IMG/VR virus record: IMGVR_UViG_3300027690_000117
Span: 1 to 31,326 of that record
Source: a virus
Lineage: Duplodnaviria; Caudoviricetes
Length of the DNA: 31,326 nucleotides
Direction: 5' to 3' (one strand)
The position numbers and the translations under genes were made by a program. Shown here piece after piece: positions 9,548-17,630 of this stretch; within the stretch, counting starts at the first letter, position 1; each line of letters opens with the position of its first letter. The notes beneath the pieces are model-generated. The model did not search any database. It saw nothing but the letters and a program-made list of their open reading frames with translations, and was not told where the DNA came from.

Positions 9548-10120
9548 TCAATTCCGCATTTTTTCAAGTGTATCAATACTGATTAAAAGAGCAGATCCTT
9601 TTAATAGATTACTCCCTATAGGCTCGACCCCAAACGGAGCCTTATAGGCCAGTCCAAGATCTCCTATGCCCATCTTCAAGCGTCCGGAGAAAACAACCTT
9701 GTCCCAGGTTCGGAGACCTGCCACGTCCGCCTTGGAGGCGAGGGCTGGTGTTAACTCACCATAATACGCTATCTTTACGCCGCTGTACGCGGAAACAATC
9801 ACAATTTCAACCCTGCCGTGGTGCTCGACGATTCCGGCAGGGTCAACCCTGCCCCGCCAATTATCGATTTCTGTCCCGGTCGATCTGACGTAGCTCTTGG
9901 ACCACTCCCAGGTCCGGTACCAAACCTTGTCCCTTGTCTCTTCTCGCCAGGCCCCATCGTATTCCCGCAAGAACCCCCCTAGCTGCTTCTCGAACAGGAC
10001 TTGCCCGGTCGGCCGATCATCATGCCACCAACGTATGCGTTCAGGGACCTCATAGAATGCTAACATGGCTATAAACAAAAGAGGCCACCACCATTTCCCC
10101 CTCTTCGCCTGATCAAACAC
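9548..10120 (-). CDS. Membrane-anchored protein, cassette family member M5
   Basis: 190 aa, N-terminal TM helix, family motifs DRP..QV.FE, I.NWRG, L..WDKVVFSGR. AGGAGGGG RBS before GTG. Confidence 0.85.
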   Translation of the reverse strand: MFDQAKRGKWWWPLLFIAMLAFYEVPERIRWWHDDRPTGQVLFEKQLGGFLREYDGAWREETRDKVWYRTWEWSKSYVRSTGTEIDNWRGRVDPAGIVEHHGRVEIVIVSAYSGVKIAYYGELTPALASKADVAGLRTWDKVVFSGRLKMGIGDLGLAYKAPFGVEPIGSNLLKGSALLISIDTLEKMRN

Positions 10121-10266
10121 AACCCCTCCTCAGCAGCGCCCGCCGGCCTCCGGCTCTCCCCTTGTCTCTCTGGTCAGCCCTTCCTTACCCCCTTTTATTA
10201 AGCCACAAACGACATCTCGCGGCAAGCCTAAGTTATATTGAATTCAAACGATCTTTTCTTTGCTTA
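10113..10266. repeat. Direct repeat of ~15974-16124 (promoter + 5' leader + RBS)
   Basis: Near-identical ~150 bp. The promoter core recurs at 13074-13140, and partial copies lie at 16933-16948 and 17561-17610. Confidence 0.9.
10197..10225 (-). promoter_or_regulatory. Sigma70-like promoter of M5
   Basis: TTGCCG-17 nt-CTTAAT with extended -10 TG; identical to 13074-13102 and 16057-16085. Confidence 0.6.
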
Positions 10267-10269
10267 CAT

Positions 10270-12216
10270 CTATATAGCCGCCGCGCCCAACCCTCCCACG
10301 GGACCGCCGGCAGTCAGGGCGATCTCGCCGGGTACGGCCGTGCCGCCGAACAGGCCGGACAGCCAGCTCCAGCCCCGGCTCAGCCAACTCCCCAGGCGGG
10401 AGAAGATGCTCTCCGTGCCGCCGCTCCCCCCCTGGAACAAGGAGAGCACCAGGTCGATCGGTCCCCGGACCCGGCCCTGGGCGTCCCGGCCGAAGACCGC
10501 CCCGAAGACCCGGTTGACCAGGTCCTGGGAGAAGGCCTGGATGAACATCCGCCTGACCGTGTCCAGGAAGTTGGCAAGGTCGATCTTGTTGCCCGAGAGG
10601 AAGTCGGCGAACAGGTCGGCCATCCGGGAGAGGGTGTTGCTCCAGGCCTGCTCGTAGAGCTGGAAGGACTCGCCGCACTCGTCAACGTAGCGCTCCTGGT
10701 TGGCGATGAGCTGGCCCGTCTTGGCCTCGTCAAGGGCCAGGCAGGTCTCCGCCGAGTCGGCGTAAAGGCCGGTGGTCGCCTCGGTCGTCCGGTCAGCGGC
10801 CTGTTCCTGCCTGCGGAGGTTGTCCAGGTACTCGTCGGTGGTCTCCCGGTCCTGGCGGAGGAAGTCGGAGAAGGAGTCGGCCTGGATCTCCCTGACCGCC
10901 TCGGCGGTCTGTCGGGTCGCCTCCTGCTGTTCGTCCTGGCCGGCCTGGTAATCGGCGTTGATGGTTTGGAACTGAACCCCTAAATCCCCGGCAAAGTCTT
11001 GCCAGTCCAGGCCCATTGTCGTGGTGGCGATCCGGCTGCTCTCGGTGATGCCGGTATTGAGTAAGGAGTAAGCCTGTTCCTGGTCCTGGGTTCGAAGGAC
11101 AAAATCGGTCGAGTATCCGAGCAAGCTGTCTCCGCAGAGCGAAAACATAGCCTCAGTCGTGTCTCCTAAACGAATCACCGATTGAGAAGCGCCGTCTATT
11201 GCATCAACGACCTGGGCGCTGTCCTGGGGCAATCTCAAGAAGGCTTGCTGAACGATGCCGCCGGAGCCGAAGCCTTGGAAGGACATGGGTTCCAGGAGCT
11301 GTTGCGGCGAGCTGCCGGGCTGGCCGATGTTGTCGCCGGACATGACATTAAGCATTGTCTCTAGTTCCGCCCTGCGAGCACTTCCCGGTGTCCGCCGCCG
11401 CATCAGCTCCACGAGGTTGGCTTTGTATTGCTGCAGATTTTCCGGCATCTGCTCCGGGCGGCGCATGGCCTGCGCATAATTGCTTAATCCAATCTGGCGA
11501 GCCTCCGGGGAAAGAAGGCGGAAATCTTCATAACTCATTCCGAACCATTTAGCGGTGGCTTCATCTGACGGCCGGTTCATTTCCTGCTTTATTTCCGCTA
11601 TGCGCTCCTGAAAGTCCTTGTCTGAGTCTTTCCATTGCGCGATTGCTGTGCCTATTCCCGCCAAGGCGCTGATCGCAGCAGATACTGGATTACTAGCCCC
11701 CAGGGCGGATGCCGCTAAGCCGGCACCAAAACTCACCGCACCCGCGCCGACCGCGCCCATAGGAGGCTCTGCGTGTCCAAGGGAAAAGCGGCTAAGTCCA
11801 TGAATTAATAAAGCCGCTGAGTCCGAGATATATTTCTTCACACCGGCCCAAATACCAGGTTTGGGGACGTTATCTGACCCTGTAGCGAGGCTTACGCGTT
11901 CACTTGTGTCTCCACTACGAGCGATAGAGTCATTCATGGACTTCGTTGCGTCGGTAGCCGATTGCGCTGCTGTGGTAATCAAGTCCAGAGTGTTCCGCGC
12001 GGACGCTGCGGCCCCCGCCGAAGCTTCGCTAATTCCTTCCAGTTTCAGCCCCAGCTCTATAGCCGCTGCGGTCGCCTTTTGAAATCCCGTGCCCACTCGG
12101 GCTTCCATTAAGGCTACGGCCTCGAAGCCTCGACGAGAAATCGCATTCATCCGCCCCATCGCCTGCTCGTAGGGCCTGGTGTCGGCCACGAATTTAACCA
12201 TCAAGCTTTCGGTCAT
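10270..12216 (-). CDS. Short tape measure protein paralog (TMP-B), ~648 aa
   Basis: TMP-type N-terminus MTESLMVKFVADTRPYEQAM. Shares the EPMSFQG...QADSFSDFLRQDRE...YVDECGE block with TMP-A and TMP-D, and the C-terminal VPGEIALTAGGP.GGLG.AAI with TMP-A. Start at ATG 12216 behind AAGGAAGG. Confidence 0.8.
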   Translation of the reverse strand: MTESLMVKFVADTRPYEQAMGRMNAISRRGFEAVALMEARVGTGFQKATAAAIELGLKLEGISEASAGAAASARNTLDLITTAAQSATDATKSMNDSIARSGDTSERVSLATGSDNVPKPGIWAGVKKYISDSAALLIHGLSRFSLGHAEPPMGAVGAGAVSFGAGLAASALGASNPVSAAISALAGIGTAIAQWKDSDKDFQERIAEIKQEMNRPSDEATAKWFGMSYEDFRLLSPEARQIGLSNYAQAMRRPEQMPENLQQYKANLVELMRRRTPGSARRAELETMLNVMSGDNIGQPGSSPQQLLEPMSFQGFGSGGIVQQAFLRLPQDSAQVVDAIDGASQSVIRLGDTTEAMFSLCGDSLLGYSTDFVLRTQDQEQAYSLLNTGITESSRIATTTMGLDWQDFAGDLGVQFQTINADYQAGQDEQQEATRQTAEAVREIQADSFSDFLRQDRETTDEYLDNLRRQEQAADRTTEATTGLYADSAETCLALDEAKTGQLIANQERYVDECGESFQLYEQAWSNTLSRMADLFADFLSGNKIDLANFLDTVRRMFIQAFSQDLVNRVFGAVFGRDAQGRVRGPIDLVLSLFQGGSGGTESIFSRLGSWLSRGWSWLSGLFGGTAVPGEIALTAGGPVGGLGAAAI

Positions 12217-12284
12217 TTGTTGTCCTTCCTTTTTCCCTGCTGGCGGTAGCACGGCTGATAGGAGGAGGGAACTGTTCAACGACG

Positions 12285-12310
12285 AAAAGAGAGAGACGTC
12301 TGGTCTCTCT
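12285..12310 (-). terminator. Probable terminator after M4
   Basis: AGAGAGAC-cagac-GTCTCTCT followed by CTTTT. Confidence 0.6.
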
Positions 12311-12415
12311 TACAAGGAGTTATTATGCTTCAGTTCAAGGGAATTGGAGCTGCTTAATGGAGGAACCCAACCTTTATCTACAGAGGCCTTCCTCCCATAT
12401 TACCTTTGTGTCAGC

Positions 12416-12997
12416 CTAGTCACTCGCCCTGGCAATACGCTCCAGTTCAATCAAAAACTCTGGCCTCGCTAACCTGTCTCTATCGCTCCGGTAGGCCTCT
12501 GCCACTCGGGCAAAGCCTGTTACTGGCACGTATATGGACGGCTTGAATCGCCCTGTGAAAACAACATCATCCCATTCACCCAATCCAGATAAGGCTTTGT
12601 GGATTGGGTCCCCCGGAGGAAGTTCGGTGCTATAATGAATACCAGCGCACAAATATTCTGAATAAATAACTAAATACATATTGCCATTAGCCGTTTGGAG
12701 CATCGGTAATAACGCCTTGCCGCGCCAGTTGTTGATCTTCCATTTAGCGGCCTTGGCGTATTCCCCGGTCCATTCACCCGCCTCATAGAAAATCTTTGTT
12801 TTCTCCGCTTTGCTCTTGGCCGCCTCATAGTCTTTTAAAAAGCGACAACGTTGGTTCTCGAAGGCTACCTGGTCCGCCGGGCGCCGGTCGATCTGGTAGT
12901 GTCTGGGCTCCCAGTAATCGAAGAAGCTTCTTGTTGTAAAGACCGCCGCCATTCCAATCAGTCCACCAACTAAACCCGACAATAGCATTTTTTTCAT
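12416..12997 (-). CDS. Membrane-anchored protein, cassette family member M4
   Basis: 193 aa, N-terminal hydrophobic helix, DRRPADQVAFENQR, INNWRG, LGEWDDVVFTGRFK. Confidence 0.85.
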   Translation of the reverse strand: MKKMLLSGLVGGLIGMAAVFTTRSFFDYWEPRHYQIDRRPADQVAFENQRCRFLKDYEAAKSKAEKTKIFYEAGEWTGEYAKAAKWKINNWRGKALLPMLQTANGNMYLVIYSEYLCAGIHYSTELPPGDPIHKALSGLGEWDDVVFTGRFKPSIYVPVTGFARVAEAYRSDRDRLARPEFLIELERIARASD

Positions 12998-13073
12998 AAT
13001 TTATTCCCTTCAGCCGCTACCCTCCCCAGTTATCCCCACCTCCTTGACCGCCGGCTACTCCAACCTCCTTTCC

Positions 13074-13102
13074 ATTAAGCCACAAACGACATCTCGCGGC
13101 AA
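13074..13102 (-). promoter_or_regulatory. Sigma70-like promoter of M4
   Basis: Identical 29-mer, TTGCCG-17-CTTAAT. Confidence 0.6.
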
Positions 13103-13144
13103 GCCTAAGTTATGTTGAATTCAAAAGACTTTTCTTGCTTGCGG

Positions 13145-15208
13145 CTATATAGCCGCCATGCCCAACCCGCCCATGGGACCGCCGGCGGTCAGGGCGATCT
13201 CGCCGGGCACGGCCGCGCCGCCGCCGAACAGGCCGGTCAGCCAGCTCCCCGCGCTGCTGAAAAGCCGGCCCACGGCCGTGTCCTTGAAGATCCCGCCCAG
13301 GGCGCTCCTGATCCAGCCGCCCACGGTCCGGCCCAGGCTCTCGGCGCCCAGACCCTTGAAGATGCCCTTGAAGGCGTCCTTGAACAGGGTGTTGAAGGTG
13401 GTGGCAAAGAACTCGCCGAAGTAGTTGACGACCACCTGGGAGAAGGCCAGGGCAAAGATGTCGCCCACGGCCTGGCCGAAGTTCTTCCAGGCGTCCTTGG
13501 CCCCGGTCATCCAGTCGGCCAAGCGCTGGGCGATGGTGCTCAGGGTGTTGCCCCAGGCTTGCTCGAAGACCCTGAAATACTCGCCGCACTCGTCAACGTA
13601 GTGCTCCTGGTTGGCGATGAGCTGGCCCGTCTTGGCCTCGTCCAGGGCCAGGCAGGTCTCGGCCGAGTCGGCGTAAAGGCCGGTGGTCGCCTCGGCCGCC
13701 CGGCGGGCGGCCTCTTCGTGCTCCTCCTGGCTGGCAAGGTAGGCGGTGGTGGCCTCCCGGTCCTGGCGGAGGAAGTCGGAGAAGGAGTCGGCCTGGATCT
13801 CCTTGACCGCCTCGGTGGTCTGTCGGGTCGCCTCCTGCTGTTCGTCCTGGCCGGCCTGGTAACCGGCGGTTATTTCCTGAGTCTGGCCCAGGAGGTAATC
13901 GCTCCAGGCGCGCCAGGTCTGGCTGTTGGCCGCAGTGGTGATCCGGGTGCTCTCGGTGATGCCGGTATTGAGTAAGGAGTAGGCTTGTTCCTGGTCCTGG
14001 GTTTGAAGTAAGACATCGGTCGAGTATCCGAGCAAGCTGTCTCCGCAGAGCGAAAAAATAGCCTCAGTCGTGTCTCCTAAACGAATCACCGATTGAGAAG
14101 CGCCGTCTATTGCATCAACGACCTGGGCGCTGTCCTGGGGCAATCTCAAGAAAGCCTGCTGAACGAGGCCGCCGGAGCCGAAGCCTTGGAAGGACATGGG
14201 CTCCAAGAGCTGTTGCGGCGAGCTGCCGGGCAGGCCAATGTTGTCGCCGGACATGACATCCAACATTGACCCTAGTTCCGCCCTGCGGTTGACCTCCAAT
14301 TGGGCTTGGTTCTCCAGTTCCATCAGGTCAAAAGCAGGCTGGCGCCTTTCACGCCACATATGTGCTACAAGGTTCGCCTTGAACGATGACAGGCTCTCGT
14401 TTTGGATTTTGCCGCGGATCTCGGTGTCCAGGTAGACCCGCTTCATTCTTTCGCGGTCCTCGTCAGAGAATGTAAGAAACTCTTCATATGGCATCTCAAA
14501 CCAGGTTGCAGTGTTTTGCTCTATAAATTTCTGCCTTTTCTCCCTCAAGTATTTTAGCCGTTTTTGATTCTCATCCCCTCTCGTTAATTCCTGGGAATAT
14601 GACATTACATAAGGAACAGAATAGGGAGCTATTTTAAGACCGAGGCGGTTTAATAAAATACCTGTTAAAACTGGGATTATACTATTTAACGGTTCCTTAA
14701 GCCGTCCTCCAGTGAAACCACTTATAATTTCTGCTATTTCTCTATCAAGTAGTTCTTTCCATTCGTCGGTGCTTAGGCTGGCAGGAAATCTTTCGCGGGC
14801 TCCAAAACCGGCTTCTGCAGGAATCGACCTGGGACTCGTCCTTGAAGCTTCCTGCACGTCGTCTTCTGGCCACACTATTGTTCGGGATGTATCGGACGAA
14901 CCGTTGACTTTAGTGAGGGATTCAGCCACTGCCTCGATGCCGTTTGCAGTTGCCTGGGCCTCGGCCGCAACTAGATTAAGCCTTTTCTGTATGGATATCG
15001 TCGCATCTTCCCCTACCTTGCCTATCCCTTCCAGCGTTTGCCCCAGCACCACCGCCGCAGCGTTTACTTTTTGGAGACTTAAGCCAGACTTGGCTTCCAT
15101 GGCTGCTATGGCCTCGAACCCCGGCCGGACGGTGGCAGGCATGCGGGCCGTGGCCCGCTCCAGGGGCCCAAGATCGGCCCAGATCTTGACGGTAAGATTC
15201 TCGGTCAT
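13145..15208 (-). CDS. Short tape measure protein paralog (TMP-A), ~687 aa
   Basis: Starts MTENLTVKIWADLGPLE at ATG 15208 behind an AAGGA RBS. The central/C-terminal block is nearly identical to TMP-D (QADSFSDFL...GRLFS). Lacks the TMP-D C-terminal half. Confidence 0.8.
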   Translation of the reverse strand: MTENLTVKIWADLGPLERATARMPATVRPGFEAIAAMEAKSGLSLQKVNAAAVVLGQTLEGIGKVGEDATISIQKRLNLVAAEAQATANGIEAVAESLTKVNGSSDTSRTIVWPEDDVQEASRTSPRSIPAEAGFGARERFPASLSTDEWKELLDREIAEIISGFTGGRLKEPLNSIIPVLTGILLNRLGLKIAPYSVPYVMSYSQELTRGDENQKRLKYLREKRQKFIEQNTATWFEMPYEEFLTFSDEDRERMKRVYLDTEIRGKIQNESLSSFKANLVAHMWRERRQPAFDLMELENQAQLEVNRRAELGSMLDVMSGDNIGLPGSSPQQLLEPMSFQGFGSGGLVQQAFLRLPQDSAQVVDAIDGASQSVIRLGDTTEAIFSLCGDSLLGYSTDVLLQTQDQEQAYSLLNTGITESTRITTAANSQTWRAWSDYLLGQTQEITAGYQAGQDEQQEATRQTTEAVKEIQADSFSDFLRQDREATTAYLASQEEHEEAARRAAEATTGLYADSAETCLALDEAKTGQLIANQEHYVDECGEYFRVFEQAWGNTLSTIAQRLADWMTGAKDAWKNFGQAVGDIFALAFSQVVVNYFGEFFATTFNTLFKDAFKGIFKGLGAESLGRTVGGWIRSALGGIFKDTAVGRLFSSAGSWLTGLFGGGAAVPGEIALTAGGPMGGLGMAAI

Positions 15209-15275
15209 TTGGTGTACTTTCCTTTTTAGCTCCAGTGTCGGTCCCAAGGGGCCGGCGGAGTCTATAATGGGCAAT

Positions 15276-15300
15276 AAAAAAGAGACCCGTATGGGTCTCT
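15276..15300 (-). terminator. Rho-independent terminator after M3
   Basis: AGAGACCC-atac-GGGTCTCT followed by TTTTT. Confidence 0.75.
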
Positions 15301-15396
15301 CTTCTCAGACTTGCTTACCGGCCGTTTATACGGTTTTAAAAGGAGCTAGCACAACTCACATCTTTCTTTCTTAAAGACGTTCTTAATTTTTAAACA

Positions 15397-15981
15397 CTAG
15401 TTTTCTATTTTGTTAACAGTATCTAATTCGATCAGAAGAGCACTTTCTTCCAATATATTACTCTCGCTCAGCTTAGTCCCAAGAGGCGCTTGGAAAGCCA
15501 GGCCCTGGGCCCATAAACCCCAATTGAAGCGTCCTGAGAAAACAACCTTGTCCCAGGTGCGGAGGTCGGCCACAGCCGAACTTTTTGCAATATCCCGAGG
15601 TAAATGACCATAATACCAAATTCTCATGCCGCTGAACTTGGAAACGATCACCAACTCGATCTTGCCGGAATGCTCCACGATCCCGGCAGGATCGACCCTG
15701 CCCCGCCAGTCCTTTATCTTCATCCCGGCGGTCCAGGTGTACACCCTGGTCCACTGCCAGGCCCTGCGGCACACTTCGGCCTTCGTGGCTCCCCGCCATG
15801 CTCCGTTATATTGATCGAGGAAGTACACCAGTGTGCTCTCGAATTGCACCTGCGCGGGCGGCCGGGGATCGTGTCCCCAGCGGAGGCTGTCCCTGAATTC
15901 ATCGTAGGCTTGTAACGCAAATAAGCCTGCCAGCCCTACAATGACCCCCCACCATTTCTGCTCCTTCATCCAGTCAAACAC
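15397..15981 (-). CDS. Membrane-anchored protein, cassette family member M3
   Basis: 194 aa; closest to M5 (shared WRGRVDPAGIVEH and LRTWDKVVFSGR). Confidence 0.85.
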   Translation of the reverse strand: MFDWMKEQKWWGVIVGLAGLFALQAYDEFRDSLRWGHDPRPPAQVQFESTLVYFLDQYNGAWRGATKAEVCRRAWQWTRVYTWTAGMKIKDWRGRVDPAGIVEHSGKIELVIVSKFSGMRIWYYGHLPRDIAKSSAVADLRTWDKVVFSGRFNWGLWAQGLAFQAPLGTKLSESNILEESALLIELDTVNKIEN

Positions 15982-16056
15982 AACCCCTCCTCAGCAGCGC
16001 CCGCCGGCCTTAGGCTCTCCCTTGTCTCTCTGGTCAGCCCTTCCTTACCCCCTTTT

Positions 16057-16085
16057 ATTAAGCCACAAACGACATCTCGCGGCAA
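16057..16085 (-). promoter_or_regulatory. Sigma70-like promoter of M3
   Basis: Identical 29-mer, TTGCCG-17-CTTAAT. Confidence 0.6.
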
Positions 16086-16145
16086 GCCTAGGTTATATTG
16101 AATTAAAAGACTTTTCTTTGCTTAAGGCAGGCTAACCCGGGGATG

Positions 16146-16224
16146 TTCCTTAGAGCGCTTGCCCCAGCTCCACCTCCGCTGCAGTCGTTTTCTGGAGGCT
16201 CAAGCCAACCTTGGCAGCCGCTTC
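16146..16224 (-). pseudogene. Degenerate TMP N-terminal relic (TMP-E)
   Basis: Manual translation gives EAAAKVGLSLQKTTAAEVELGQAL*G, which aligns with EAKSGLSLQKVNAAAVVLGQALEG of TMP-C (TMP-A differs by one residue). Absent from the ORF track. Confidence 0.75.
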
Positions 16225-16230
16225 TAGTTT

Positions 16231-16857
16231 TCAGAAAATCGAACCAAGCCAATCTGTTATAGTATAATAAGGGACTTTGTTAATCTTGTCTAATTCAATC
16301 ACAAACTCAAGCTTCTTCAGGACCCCTTCAGATTGCATTGAATAAATCTTATCTCCGGAGCCCAAGACCACGGCCGGTCCGCCCGAACGCGATTTGAACC
16401 GTCCGGAGAACACGACCCTGTCGCCATTGTAGGTCCCTGCCAGTCCCCGGTGGATTGGGGCGTCGTGTTCTACCTCGCCCCTGTAAAGAACCGGCGCTCC
16501 GTTGAGATCGGAAATGATGCTCACCAGGACGGTCCGGCCGTCATCGCCCATGCTGAACCCGCCCAGCTTTCCCCGCCAGTTGTTGACCCTGCCGCCGAGC
16601 ATCTCAGCTTAGCCTCTGGTCCAGCTTTCAAACTGGCGGTATACCTCCTCTCGCTCCTGGCCGCTCTTGGTCCGTTCGAATCTCTTGAGGACGAAGTTTC
16701 GCTCCAGCTCAAAGGCCGCTTGTTCAATGGGCTGCTGGTCACGCTCCGGCCTGAAATCGATCCATTCCCCCCGATTGAGGTACAGGATGTAGGCACCAGT
16801 CGCAACAGCAAATGCGGTCGTAGCCCATCCGATCCATTTCCCCAAGCATAGAGCCAC
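16231..16857 (-). pseudogene. Cassette family member M2, split by an in-frame TAA
   Basis: ORFs 16609-16857 and 16231-16602 are in the same frame. WTRG*AEMLGGRVNNWRG aligns with WTREYAETAGWRINNWRG of M1, so the stop replaces a conserved Tyr. Confidence 0.85.
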
Positions 16858-16971
16858 CTGGCCCCCTTAAGCCCCTGCCGCAAGTGGACGGTCGTTTGGG
16901 TTTGCTAACCAGCCGATTTCAAATCCCTCTCTATTAAGCCACAAACGATGTCTGTAGGAAGTAGGTCAGCT

Positions 16972-17562
16972 TCAATCCTGGACCTTGGCAATCTGCTCGA
17001 ATTCAGTCAAAAATGCCGGCAATTCCAAGATGCTTTTTTCACTGGCCCTGGCCTCGGCCACGCCCGTAAACCCCAATCCGGCCACTCTGTTAGGCGGCTT
17101 AAACCGCCCTGAGAAAATGACATTGTCCCATTTACCCAGGCCGGCTATAGAATTATAGACTTGCTGGCCGAGAGGCTCATCTGCCTTGTACCAAATGCCA
17201 AAGCGGCTGTACTTGGAATAGATCGACAGCTCCGCACGCCCGACCTGCACAATCCGCGCCTTGAACACCCGTCCACGCCAGTTGTTGATTCGCCAGCCCG
17301 CTGTCTCGGCGTATTCCCGGGTCCACTGGACGGCGCGGTAGTAGACAGCGGACTTTTCCGCGTCTGTTTTAGCCACCTTGTATTCTTTGAAGAAGAGCGC
17401 CCGCTGGTTCTCGAACAGCACCTGCTCCGGCGGCCGCCGGTCGACACGCCACCGCTGCCAGTCAGTGTATGAATCGTAACGATTCAGCCCATAAGATATT
17501 GCTGCAATCAATGCCGTGGAAATAAGCGCCATCCACCTTTGCTTGAGTGACAATTTGCGCAC
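16972..17562 (-). CDS. Membrane-anchored protein, cassette family member M1
   Basis: 196 aa, N-terminal TM, DRRPPEQVLFENQR, INNWRG, LGKWDNVIFSGRFK. Closest to M4. Same RBS/leader as M3 and M5. Confidence 0.85.
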   Translation of the reverse strand: MRKLSLKQRWMALISTALIAAISYGLNRYDSYTDWQRWRVDRRPPEQVLFENQRALFFKEYKVAKTDAEKSAVYYRAVQWTREYAETAGWRINNWRGRVFKARIVQVGRAELSIYSKYSRFGIWYKADEPLGQQVYNSIAGLGKWDNVIFSGRFKPPNRVAGLGFTGVAEARASEKSILELPAFLTEFEQIAKVQD

Positions 17563-17601
17563 AACCCCTCCTCAGCAGCGCCGGCTCCCAACCTCCTTTG
17601 C

Positions 17602-17630
17602 ATTAGGCCACAGATGGCATATTGTCACAA
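17602..17630 (-). promoter_or_regulatory. Sigma70-like promoter of M1
   Basis: TTGTGA-17 nt-CCTAAT with extended TG; a diverged copy of the cassette promoter. Confidence 0.5.

Noticed and set aside
6730-14290. Diversity-generating retroelement template/variable repeat pair
   Set aside because: No reverse transcriptase is present, and differences between copies are not visibly restricted to adenines.
10197-16961. Recurrent ~30-50 bp repeat considered as a CRISPR array, integron attC sites or invertase sites
   Set aside because: Copies are about 0.9-3 kb apart, all direct and not palindromic, with no cas, integrase or invertase gene in the window. A promoter explains them better.
4649-17630. 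Pure assembly artefact, or a contractile injection system
   Set aside because: The copies have distinct variable domains and many substitutions, so they are not collapsed duplicates, although order still needs long-read confirmation. There is no sheath or baseplate wedge gene, and capsid, portal and terminase genes are present.
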